A stretch of 64,000 bases of DNA, from NCBI RefSeq assembly GCF_002105155.1, contig NW_019029014.1:186001-250000 (forward strand), read 5' to 3'. The notes under the pieces were generated by a model. The model was not told where the DNA came from. It saw only the letters and a program-made list of their open reading frames with translations, and did not search any database. Of this stretch, positions 26,592 to 39,176 are shown one piece after another (position 1 is the stretch's first letter; every line of letters starts with the position of its first letter). The position numbers and the translations under genes were made by a program. Source of the stretch: Lobosporangium transversale. Lineage: Eukaryota.

Positions 26592-28896
26592 TTTGTACTA
26601 ATTCCAAATCTTGAGAGTCTTGCTCTGTTAGACTTTGTGTGCCCTGCAATCCACCTGAAGAGTTTTGTTCATAGTCGAGATTTTCTGCTGTTATTGAAGT
26701 CGCCGTCATTGTGGATGGCTCTTCACTCAGGGACGGTAATACATAAGGAGGGGGCAGGAATGTCTCAAGGCTCCTGCCATAGAACCCGTTGTTGACATTG
26801 TTATTATACTCAGAGATGTAATCAAAGGAGGAATGTCTCCTGGATGCAGCAGACACAGATGCAAAATCGACGAGTTGAGCAGACGCGGCTGGCGTCAAGC
26901 TCACAGACCGATTAAGGGTTGCCCATGCATGTTGCTCACCCTGGAGGATAGGCGCCGAGCCTGCCAACGAGAACCTGCGAGAGTCATAGCTGCCTGTTGC
27001 ATTAATAGGTGAATTAGGATTTGGAGATGTCATAAGTGGTGATGTCTCGGACGGCGAATACAAGGCAGTCTGATCTGGGTAACTCATTGCCATACCCAAT
27101 ACATCAACATGTAAGCCTGTTTCCTGTACCTCCTCACCCACCATTAGTAACAAGGTCTCTTCTCTATCTGCATACATGGGTAAAGGTAGGTCATCATCCT
27201 CGCTATCGCCATCTCCATCACCATGTCGAGATTCAATCCCATAAAGCGCGCCCCCAGCCCTCCTTCTTCCCCCACGAGGGCGGCGGTGTCGGTTAGTGAG
27301 ATGGTTATTCAGATAAAACTCAGGGTCTGGGTGAGCAGGAGATCCATCAAGGTTGAGTGTTGGATGGATAGTCATTGGGAAGGACAGCTGTAAGTCGCGT
27401 TCCTTCGCCAGTGTCTGATCAAATTTGATGAGGACGCGAAGTTTATGTGTGACACTCAAGCTGTGGGGTGCAGGTAGGAGAGTAGTTTCGAGGACAGTAT
27501 TAGGCTGCGGGATCTGTAGACGAGCAGGTGCGCGAAGTTGATTCCAGGCATGGGTGGACACGACATAATCAGAGCAATCATGAGTGACTGCGGTGCTGAT
27601 GATCGTCGTATTCACCACGGGACTCGTCCTGCCCACGAACCTAATTTTAAAATTTAATTTTTGATTAATGAGTAACAGTTACAGTTGTCAGTTGGGGTCT
27701 CGTTTTTTTGTGATGTATCATGGTCAAATGAGTGCTCTGTTTGGAATTGGAGGGTAGAGTTTAGGCGCACTAAGCGCACTAAAAAGAATTTGGGCTACGG
27801 GTTCATGCACTGCCAAAGCTTACCTTTGATGCTCTTCCTCTACAATGTAGTATTGAATCTCTTTAACCTTGAGATGATCTTGCAATGTCCTCCAGCTGCC
27901 CTGGAATCCTAGCTGTAGGTCCTGTAATCGTCGTAGATCCAGCTGTCGAGGGACCTCAAACTGGAACTCAATTTTGTTACGACGCTTACCATGATATGTA
28001 TGATCATCACTTTGGTGTCGTGATTCATTCATGTCCTGCCAACTTTGAACTCGGAAAGGAACTGACGTAGACATGTGATTGTTGACTAGTATGTCTTTTC
28101 GACTCATAATTAGTGTTACGCGGAGGGTGTAGATGATGGAAGCGTCCCCTCCAGCGGTTGTCTTCATGGGGCCAGAGGGAAGATGGCAGAGTTGACTAAT
28201 ATCAGTCGTTGTATTTGGCGGGGAAGAGTCATTTATGTTCATGTGAGATGGAAACTCTATTCGAAAATCGATATCGTTGACGCCTTGGTTTAGTTGATTT
28301 TGACCAAGACTTGTCTGGAAAGATGAGAGCGCATCAGATGGTACTGGAGATTGTCTCTGTTGTTGCTGCTCGGGTAATGACCCCACAGGAAAGGAGTCTG
28401 AGGATTGGAAGGTAACCGGGCTAGTGCTTTCGTTATTACTGTTGCTCCTGGTGATATCCCGTTGTGTTTGTGGAGGAACAGAGGGTGATAGGACTACGTT
28501 TGCAGAAACATGCTGGCTGGAGGAGGATGAGGTTGTAGCAGTAACGGCGGTAGGATTAGTCCAAGAAGGGAGCTCTTCCACAGGAGAAGCAAGTGAAGGG
28601 AGTGGTAATGAATTCGGGCGCTTGGTGAACATTGGATTATCGTAGGTGATCTCTTTAGAGACATCCAAAATGATTTGTTTGGCTTTGATGGTCCTGGACC
28701 CCTGACGATTCCAGACGCGCGAGATTCCGGTGGCGGTAACCACCAAGGATTTATAAGCGCATGGCCGCTTAGCGATGATGCGGACTTTGCCTGTCAAGGC
28801 GCAGGTAGAGGGATGGCCTACGCAAAGATCAATTGTAGACGAGTCAGGGATGATATCTAGGGCTGTAACCAGGTCATTAAATAGCTTTGCCACCAT
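26158..28896 (-). CDS. Alpha-arrestin-like (ART) adaptor protein; two exons, intron about 27642-27823
   Basis: Arrestin-like beta strands (LTGKVRI..K, IIYTLRVTL, SVTHKLRVLIKF, LSFPMTI) and a disordered tail with PY-type motifs (LPMY, PPPY). Confidence 0.7.
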
Positions 28897-30665
28897 GGTA
28901 TTTGATTGATTGAGGTTGATTGAAGGACAATAAAAAAAAAAGGAAGTGGAAATGGTGCCGTTGAGAGAATGAAGAATGGAATTAAAGGAAAAATAAAGAG
29001 TTGTACTTCTTTGGTACTTGTCGTGCCAATATGGAGCAATCTTTTTAAATATCCAAGAAAAGGGTAGGGAAAGGTATAGCAAAAGGAAAGAAAAGAGGAG
29101 GTATTATCCTGTGCTTTGGTCCCTTTTGTTCAAGTAGAGATTGATAAACGGAAATCTTGCAGAACAAAGATGACCGAAGTGATGCCGCGTGGAGAGGAAG
29201 CAATCTGAGTGCGAAATATACTCGGCGGAGCACGTAATAAGCAAGGGCAGTCCAAATGTACAATTGACAGGATACTGCAGAACTAAGTAAAACTTATACA
29301 AAGCATAAATTCAAACGGACAATGGACAATGAAATGAAGTGTAATGAAATGACATGAAGTTAAATGAGAATGAAGAGAAAAAAAAGAATAAAAAAAAAGA
29401 ACGATGATGACCCAAGGGCAATAAAATATTAAAAAAGTGCTTTTTTGTTGTTGTTGCACACCAGGATTACAGCAGAGCACTGTCCCCATACACATGAGAC
29501 CGGACACACACACACTTGTCCAGGTCCAGAGAATTATTGCATTTATTTCTGTTTGACCCTTTTCTTTTTTCCTTTCTTTCTTCCACTCCAAGGACACCTC
29601 ACATAATAGAACGAATACTGTTTCGGTGCCACAAATGTTTATTTTGTTTTTGTTATTGAGCATGCTTTTTTTCGCTTTAAAAAACATCTTGTCTAGGCTA
29701 TCTTTGTTCGCTCTGTCCGCGTGATCCTTCGCGTGCGATTCGACACAGGTCCCTCCGTTGAATACATGTACGGTATATATACGTGTATTGTAAGTGCCTG
29801 GTTGTAAAATATTCATCATGTCATTGCGACAGCCCTCCTGTTCGAATGAGGAACAAGCTGCTTTTGCTCTCTGGCAAAATGTACTTCCACATGTACACTA
29901 ATCAAGATTTTAAAGAGGCTCACTTCTTTTTTTTTTTTGTGTTCACCAACAGGAAAAAAGCACAAGACAACTGTACGCTGACTGGCTGGAGAGAATCAAT
30001 TTTCCCATGAATTCTCAGGAAGAAACATGCTTTACTTTCTGGTGCAATCCGACCCTTTCCTTAGTGCTTTGTACTTAGTGCTTAGTGACACTAATTAATG
30101 ATGAATGCATTCATTCATATGTGTAACGCATCTCATCTCCAAAGAATGAGCGATCTACAAATCCCTTTGACTACGCCCAGCAGTGTAGCTCATGTGTTTT
30201 ATGTATCCAATGGGATTCAAGCGTGGACTAAATATTTGGTTCCTCTTACATCTCTCCACAGCTGAAGAAAAAACAATGCTGCATTGCATGTGCTCATTTC
30301 CCTCCTTGTGTTCTGCCCTGGAGACACGGGCCTTTGACAGCTGGTTCGTGTTCAGTTGTCCAAAAAAAAAAACACACACACACTATCGAGCATCAGGCTT
30401 ATTGAAAAATAAGATCGCCCACACGCTAAAGGACTGTCACATGTCGAAAGTTAAAAAAAAGGTGATGAAAGACAAGAGGTTGAAAAGAGGTAAATTAACT
30501 CCTCTTTTTCATTCTTTTTTATATTTATCCCAGTTAAGACCTCTTTCACCTATTGCTTAATCTAAAGCACCAAGGCATATCATTTTCATATCGCTTATCT
30601 TCATCGTTGCTAGTACTAATAGCGAGTAACATTAAACCAGCGAATAAAAGGGAAAAAAAGGGAAA

Positions 30666-31045
30666 ATGGCCAGAATTAATCTTTACTTTGTTCGACATGG
30701 TCAACGCTTGGATCAAGTGGATTCTACTTGGGCAGGAACTTCTCCTTGTCCCCAAGATCCTCCCCTCACAGCTCAAGGCAAGGCGCAGGCTCGTCAAACA
30801 GGCAAATTGATTCGTGATTTTGCATATGAGAGTAGTAGCGCCGGTAGCAACAATAGCAATAGGCGTGGTCGTGAAATCTCTTTTGCTACCACCTCCATTA
30901 CTAGACAAGGTGTATCCATACCCGCATTACCTTCACCGGCTAAAAATAGGAATGATCCGCAGCAGCAGCAGCAAAACTATCCACAAGTTTGGACACTACA
31001 ACGACTCAGTCCACCAGAATCATCCTCTTTCAACCGATACCAACC

Positions 31046-31106
<61 letters not shown>

Positions 31107-32048
31107 GACATCATTCCGGATTTGAGTCTGAATGGCAGCGAAAGCAACAATGGTCTCCCAAAATCGTCAAATGCCTCTGGGAGACAGCAGCATTTTGCGA
31201 TTGTCACCAGCCCATTCTTGCGTTGTTCTCAAACAGCTGTTGAAGTTGCAGTTGGTATTCGTCAAGCCAGTAAGAACAACAGTAATAATGGTATCACAAA
31301 GAGTCATGATCTGGTCACCATCTCAACTGAACCAGGGCTCGCAGGCAAGTGAGAAATCTTTTTTTGTTTGGTGTGGAGGCGTTTGTTTGCACTGGATATA
31401 CCTTGTATGCAGGGGGCTTTGCCTTTTTTTTTTTTTTTTAATATGATATCTTTTTTTTTTTTTTTTTTTTTTTTAGAATGGCTTTCGTTCGAGTACGTTT
31501 CTGAGCCAGTACCAAACTCGATCATTATCCAACGGATGCAAGAGTTTGCTGTCTCTAGGCGCGACCATGAGCAATACTATAACGTCGACTGGAAATACCA
31601 GGCCAAAGTCAGACAATTGCCATCTTGGCCAGAAACTCGAGAGGATATGCAGTCTAGGCTTGATCAGACACTAGACCATATCATTCAATTTTACACTACC
31701 GCAGCAGCTGGCGCGCATCGAGATCTATCTATTGTCATTATGACTCATGCATCCCCTGTCAATGCCTTGTTGGAGGCTTGTCTGCAGACGCCTATTCTAG
31801 TCCCTGTACCCAATTGCTCCATCTCCCGGTGCCGATGGACACCTTTATCTCTTACGGACGATGAAGCTTCTTCAAATGAAAGTGAGAGCGACGAAGCATT
31901 TATGTTCCCTGGCTCTACTCAGGGAGCCAACCTCCGTAATGGACTGATGCAGTCCAAACGCATAGAGGTCATTGCGGGGGAGGAGGGTCGGTGGCTGATA
32001 GATTATCAGACTTACACTGCACATCTGGATCGGGAGCACCGTCAATAA
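30666..32048 (+). CDS. Histidine phosphatase (phosphoglycerate mutase-like) protein; exons 30666-31344, 31477-32048
   Basis: LYFVRHGQRLD, DPPLTAQG..QA, TSPFLRCSQTA, EPGLA/EWL, IMTHAS, NCSIS. Confidence 0.9.
31047..31106 (+). repeat. (CAG)19-CAA polyglutamine microsatellite
   Basis: Uninterrupted CAG run inside the histidine phosphatase exon. Confidence 0.95.
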
Positions 32049-32249
32049 AATGTACATAATACCATCGCTGCTCGTAACATATAATGCTCGAACCCTTGAA
32101 GTTTAGCATTTGAACAAAAACAAAAGTATAAAAAAGACCTTAGTAGTTTTTTTTAAAAAAAAAAAAAAAGAAGTAGAACTAAAAAGTCCAATTTCTACAG
32201 CAAAACCTTTTCTTTTTATTTGTGTTCGCTCGTTTTGCTTGGACAATTG

Positions 32250-35200
32250 CTAAGTCAGCACATTTGCTTCCTTTCGTTCATTCAGCATCTGCAGGAACAA
32301 AACCATAATGTCATCAAACCGTGGGCATGTATTATGGTAAGGCCAAAACACTGACCTGGGTGCGGTTGCTGTTGCTGCTGCCGCTACTGTAGGTGATGAC
32401 ATTAATATATTGTCATAGTGCAACAAGGTTGGATCCATGTTTTCAATAATGAAGCTGGCATAGCACGGCACCAATGTCCAATACTGATACGCCCATTCAA
32501 ACAGCTCTTGCACCGCTTGATTCGTATCCAGGTTAGCGATGAGTGCCAGTTGGACGAGATGCATCATCCTCATGATCTGAAACTTGGATGCAGTCTCGTA
32601 GAGCTCCCTCCAAGAGAACTCGATAACTTGTGTTGGGGCATCTGCCACGGATTCTTGCAAAGGCTGAGACTGAGGTTGCGATGATTGCTGCAAAGCTTGC
32701 GCCCCTGTACCTTCGAATGCTGGTGTAGCTCCGTCGCCTGTATTGTCATTGTTGCTGCCACTTGTGTTGGTCTCTCCTCTTTCACTGCGTGCTGGGAGAT
32801 GGCTGTGAGAAGGGCCCTCACTGGGAGCAGATCCCGGCTGTCCATCGGAAGCATTGCCGCCTGTCCCAGCTCCTAGTCGGATAGGGGTAGCACCCGAATG
32901 TTGTTGTACCGCGCCTGGGGGCGATGAACCTGTCGTGACAGGAATATGCCCTACGTACATGAAGTGAAGTACTGCTCGGAATGCGTAAGGCTGGATATCA
33001 TGTATCTCAATCTTAATCTTTGGAGGACGACCAAAGCTGTCCTGATCCTGCCTACCTTGCGGCTGTTGATGCACCCGTCGATACTGTTGTTGACGTTGCT
33101 GTTGCTGCTGAGGCGTTGTTAGTGATGGTGATGGCAGCGTAGGGTGGAGTGGTTGTGCATAGCCTTCCTCATCGATGGCAGAATGTGTTGTATTCGATGA
33201 GCTGGTAGACTCTTCTTGTCGCTGCTGGCTAGAGTTCGCATTATATAGGCTTGCAGACCCCTGCCGGTTAATGTGCTGTTGCAATAATGTTCGAAAATAG
33301 TCATAGTTCTCAAGAACAACACTATGGGCATGGAAAACTTCATCCGAGGGTCGAAGTGTAATTGTCACATCTTTTGACAGTGTATCACAATACAGTTCCT
33401 TAAGATTGCGACGGCAGTAAGCAGAATTTTGCTGGCGGGAAAGCGGCAGCGGCTCATCAGGTTTACAAGCATTAGCACATGACAACAACTCAGCTTCAAA
33501 GCTGGAAAGAGATAGTGTAAAGCCATAACTGGCTTCATTGTAGGTTATCACAGATGGATCAAGATGTACTGAGTAGAGGTAGGGAGAGCAAAATTAAAAT
33601 AAGCTTGTCAAACGAGTGCCGTCTATTCAAGACTCTTCATGTAACTTTAGTAGTGCCCTTTTTCAAATACTTTACGTACTGTTGAGGCCGCCCTTCGCTA
33701 GTAGTTTCTCTCCACAAATCCGCTGTGTCATCTCTACCTGTCGACTAGTGTACCCGATCACTTGCACAGTCTTGAGGCTCAAAATCCTGGATCGGTGGTC
33801 TTTGAACGTTGGATTGATCGGACTCGGGCAGAATTGGATTCGGATTGAGGTTCGAATCCGCTGCTGGTGAACAATCTCCACAAAGACGCAATGCCATGAT
33901 GGATTTACGCTTAGAACCGTTGTTTTTGGTTCTCCTGGGACTGTAGGTGTGGATGACTTGGGAATATCGACGTTGAGTGTCACTTCAACAAATTTCTCTT
34001 CTTCCTCAAGATCAAGCATGCTGACATCATGATCACCAGTGTTCTCCGCCTGTGGATAGTATATTGAAATAGGCGCCTGGGGCGGTAGGTCTGCCCCTTG
34101 TGCTTGACCATGAGGCCCATTCGATGACGGTATAGCGGGGATCGATCTTTGTGATGATGCAGATGCCAGCACTGCTCGGCCCGGTGATGAAGAGGAGTGA
34201 GGCAATGAGACACATGATACCATTTTAGACTGATTCCTGGTTGAATCACGCCTTGATGTCAATGATGCAGTTCTTTGTGTATCATGTGTTCTAGTTTGAC
34301 TTGAGCTCGCGATAGTCCTAGGGAGTCCAGCAATATCTAAAGTGTTCCTCTGCATTCGCGTTGGGATCGGATAAGGATCACGACGGGTGTCGCGAATAGG
34401 TGCAGGCGTGATCGAGCGAAACCTTAACGGGGCATTGAGAGGCGCCAAGCTGGGACAGGCAGTTATCGATGGAGTTACTAGAGCCGGAATAGGTGGCATA
34501 AACGCATATGCAGCTGTGCATCTAGGCCCTTGTCGTGTTCCTGTTGCTTGTACACGGGACTGTAGGGAAGCAGCAATTGTGGACATTGGAGAGTGAGTTA
34601 CGAGGTTGGACTGACCAAGTGATTGTTGCCTCGAGACAACTATGTTTGACCCTTGGTATCCCATGCTCTGTGACACTGGGATGATGGTGCACTCAGGGAA
34701 ATCTTGTAATGAGGTATTGGATCCAATAGGTAACTGTCCGCCGAAGCGCGTAACCGCGGCATCATCGAAACGCGGAACAATAGTTACATGGGCGCCATTA
34801 CCATCACTTACAACCTTTCCCGGCAACGGGCCGAAAGACGTCCTCAAATCTGAATGTATCTGTTGACTGATTAACTGTTCTGGTTGTGCTTGCCGAGATA
34901 GAGCGGCAGTATTAGTGAAACAGGGTTGGAAAGCGTTGGTTGCAGGATTGCTTGCCGGAACAATGACAAATGTAGACTGGCTTCTGGTTGGACTGGAAGC
35001 CAAGCCTTGGTGAGCCTGCCACTGTATCTGGCTGGATGAGTCTGCTGGATTGGGGTAGAAAGGAGCCGTGAGCACTTGCGGCTGTTGCTGATATTGGTAG
35101 CTCTGCGACCTTGATGCTTCCTGCCTACCCTGATGGTATAGTTGTTGTTCAAGGATATCTTGTTGTAAAGCATGGGACGACTGAGATATAGGTGGAGTAA

Positions 35201-35396
35201 AGATGTTTGTGTTGCTTGGCAGCGACATACGGTGCTGTACCTGCTGCAGCTGTTGTATCTGTTGCATTTGCTGTGTCTGTTGCATTTGCTGTGTCTGCTG
35301 CATCCGCTGTTGTTGCTGCTGTTGTTGCTGCTGTTGTTGCTGCTGTTGTTGCTGTTGCTGCTGCCGAAAGGGCTGAATATTCTGCGGGTTACTCAT
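32250..35396 (-). CDS. BTB/POZ-domain protein with long Q-rich disordered N-terminus; exons 35396-33680, 33568-32250
   Basis: SKDVTITL....VFHAHSVVL..YDYFRTLL, IEIHDIQPYAFRAVLHFMYVG and WRELYETASKFQI form a BTB domain split by insertions. Confidence 0.85.
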
Positions 35397-35758
35397 GATG
35401 CCAGTGATAGGATAGCAAGCGTATCTATTAAAGAAGCAAAAGGAGAGTGGAGAGGAGCCAAGAGAGTGCAAATTAGAGAGAGGTAACATCAAGTTTTTGT
35501 CTAGGCTAGGTTAGATGACTAGGCAACCACAACTTTTGATGGACCAATCACTTTGCAGCTGATCCAATTGGATACTTTATTTGACAGTTGACTGTTCTGG
35601 TGTCAGTCTATCAAATCAATCAATGCTCAAGTCAAAGCTAATTACTATACTTTTTGCAACTGTTCAAGTTGGTATTCTATTAATTATTTGTACCATTCAG
35701 AAAAGCAAGTAATGAATATAACAGGTAAAGTAAGGAAGAGTAAAAGAAAGAAGAAAAA

Positions 35759-37058
35759 TTATGATATTGGTTGTGTAGCCACGGATTCTGAGTCTGGATG
35801 CACTTTTGGCGTGCTTGGGCTTTCTGTCAAGGACATGGATGCTTCAGAGGTTGGTGGAGCCAAATTCTCTGGCTCCACAGCCTCTACAGCTGGCAACGTT
35901 CCTTCTGCAGTTCCTGCGAATTCTGAGGAAATCTCTTGATCGCGGTGAATCAAGAACAGGCGCCCTCCGTTTTGTAGGACTTTATTAAGAAACGCTATCG
36001 CCTATAACGTCCGCCAATAAAAAGTGTGGAGGAATAATATTAGTATGTAGCCATGCTAAAAAGTTGGGGCTTAAACCACAAGGTGTGATCACTTTTTGAT
36101 CCATACATCATCAAATCCAGCAAAGGGCGTCGGTTGTGAAAGCCTCGAATCCAAGTCGATAAATGCCCCATTAGAGAGACGAAGTATTCCAAACCAATGC
36201 TGTCCTTTCCAAAAGGGCAACCATCGAGTCATTGTAGGGACATGAACTATTAGCCCGAGCATTGAATCGTCCTGTTGGCTTAGGCATTCTGCAATATCTT
36301 CAGGGACAATAGAATATATATATACATAAAAATATCGTTGGTCAATATTAAACACATCCAGAATGGCCAGAGCTCGACAAGAAGAAAAGCTGGCATGTAA
36401 GGATGCTTACCTCGTCGAGCGTCAAACCACGATAGTGTACAGCCCTGTTGGTTCAGCGCCGCCTCAAGTACGGTGACATCGTAGTAGCCCATACCCCTAC
36501 ATGCAACATTGACAGTTGATAAAAACGAGACACCTTTTAGTTGATACTTTTAGTAGCATTCTAGCTAAACAGACTTGCTTTGTTTATGACTAGTAATTTA
36601 CAAGGGGCTTTTGTATGGATTCTTCCATATTGTCCGTTGAAGACTCTCCTGTGCAACTTGACGAAGCTTCTCTGCAATCATATCTAGGTCCGATGTCGAA
36701 AAGACAGGTCCTTGTAACTGATGACACGTCCATTATCATATCATTTTAGCGAGCAAAAACATATAAGTCAATGAACACGATCTAAACATTTCTAACCACA
36801 GGATGTTTTATTCACTGATTCTTTTTTTTTTTTTTTTGGTAAGATAAAAAATCATAGAAATGTACCAAGTTGTTTAGTGTATGCTAGACTCGATGTAACG
36901 AGAGAAATAAGGATAAGTACATGTTAGATTTCTATGAGTTCACTCCAGGCGAAGCACCTCTGTCTGGTCACTCCATAAAAATAAAAGAGTACCTTGCCAC
37001 ACTGCCCCTGACTTTGACACTCATGGTAAAGTGAACGCGCTGATGTGATCTGTGCCAT
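35759..37058 (-). CDS. Josephin-domain deubiquitinase (JOSD-like), about 6 exons
   Basis: LYHECQSQGQCGK/HTLNNL/LQ (catalytic Cys), GYYDVTVLEAAL, WFDAR, GQHWFGI (His), FIDLDSRLSQP. Confidence 0.88.
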
Positions 37059-37211
37059 GAATGAATCAGCGAAATGAATAACGAATGAAATAATGTGAAT
37101 AGGGGCTGGAAAGAACCTTTTTTTTTTTTTTTTTTTTTTGGAGTATGTCACATGCACAAGCATTATCAGTTGCCCATGACGAAGAAACATGTAGCACAAA
37201 TGCTTTATTCT

Positions 37212-37530
37212 TTATCCGCGATATTTCTTGAAAGTGTCTACGATGCTCTCACCAGACTTGAGCGCAGTCATGCATTGATCATCTACAGCTGTTGACTTTT
37301 TACATTGAGCCTCTACTTGCGAAAGCAAATCCTTGGGGATCACTACAACGCCGTCTGCATCTGCAACAACATAGTCTCCTGGATGGATGGTCACGGCAGG
37401 ATGGTCAGGGTTTGGTTGCATCGTGATTGGGATATTAAGAGTGGTGGCACGCGTGAAAGGGCCAGCACCCATGATGGACGTCGCTTTTGCAAAAACCTAG
37501 CACCAAAAGAAGTTGAAATTTGAAATGTTA

Positions 37531-37561
<31 letters not shown>

Positions 37562-38290
37562 GATACATTACATTATATATTAATATTCGACATCTTTATC
37601 ATAACATAACTAGGTACTGTCCAATGAACTTACTGGGAATCCAGCCTCACGCTGTTCATTCAAGTCTCTGATACGTCCATCAACAACCACACCGAGTGCG
37701 CCTCTGATCTGCGCGCGTGCTGTCATTAGTCCGCCCCAGACGGCATTGACCAAATTTGAAGGCTGCGAAATACAAACAATGCTTCCTTCAGGAATAGCGT
37801 CAACAAAATGTTGGTCTGGCTTGGGTGCCTCTGTATCTGACACAGGGACCATCTATTATACATTGTTTTCGCAAGATTTGTCAAGTTAAGTAAAGCTGAG
37901 AAATAAACAGCAAGGTCCAGTTGTTTTTTTTTCTTTGTTTTTTTTTTTATTTTTATTTTTTTATTTTTTTTAAAGGCCATGATGACATGTATCACGAAGC
38001 TTTCTGTTGTAAAAAAAAAAAAAAAAAAAAAAGTTACCTTAACAGTATAAGCAGGACCAAAGACTAATAGCAAAAAGAACGAAAAAAGTATTAGGATACG
38101 ATCTTTCGGTACCATTTACCTTCTTTTTTTTTTCTCTTGGCAACTTACTGCGAGTATAGCCAGCCTTAAACTGAGGACTCCAGAGATGGAGGTCAGGGAT
38201 ATAACCTGCATTGGTAACTTTCAACGCCAACAATGCATCGGCAACATCACAACTAGCGTAGAATGGGAGTTTCTCAGTGTTGGATGCCAT
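37212..38290 (-). CDS. RraA-like / HMG aldolase family protein, 4 exons
   Basis: SCDVADAL, IFGPAYTVK, AVWGGLMTARAQIRGALGVVVDGRIRD, TIHPGDYVVADADGVVVIP. Confidence 0.92.
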
Positions 38291-38529
38291 TTGTACAGTT
38301 AAGCGATGAGGATGAAGAATAATTGATCTGGATGTACAATGGAAGAATTCGCGAAGGTGTTGGGGTGAAAATGTACGCGCGACGCGTGATTCTTAATTAT
38401 AGGTTGTGGTACAATAAAGATGGAAAATCTCAGGCCAAGTGATCAACTGTGGCGAATTTTTATCAAGTGCTCTTAGTTTAATGGATAACATTTATGGAGT
38501 TGATTTCAGAAAGGACATTTAAACTTCGA

Positions 38530-39145
38530 TTATTTCCTCTTGTTCTTCTTCTTACGCGACTTGGACGACTTATTAGAGGCTGTCTGCGATCCGGACCCAG
38601 AGGCTACGCTCGGTTGATTAGGTTGATTAGGTTGGCTAGGTTGGCTCTGAACAACCTCGTTTTTGCTCTCTTGTTCCTTTGCTGGATCGCTAATAACCAC
38701 AACGGCCTCTTTAGTACCCATCTTATCACTCGGTGGAGGATTTGCAGCAACAGCAGTAGCTGTGATTGCAACGTTTGAGGGCTCCACAATCACTTGTGTG
38801 AGTTCGTTTGGGTCATTAGATGTTTGAGCCTGTAGCACTTCTTGAACATCACTAGGAGTAGCAGTAGGGACGGATGGCTTTACAGCTGGTAAAGACGGCG
38901 ATACCGCAGACGAGGCCTCTCCCTGTTGTTCAGTTGGCGCTGATGGCTGGCGAGATCTTGGTTCCTTGCGACCCTTGCCCTTTTTCTTCGAGTCCGAATC
39001 ATCCGACACAGTGCCATCTACAGTCGAATCATCGCCCATTTCATCCCTAATCTGTTGTCTCCACATCTCGTAATACACGCCTAAAAAAAATAAAAACAAA
39101 CAAGTTTTTGTTATTTTATCTGCACCAACAAAATTATACAAACAA

Positions 39146-39176
<31 letters not shown>

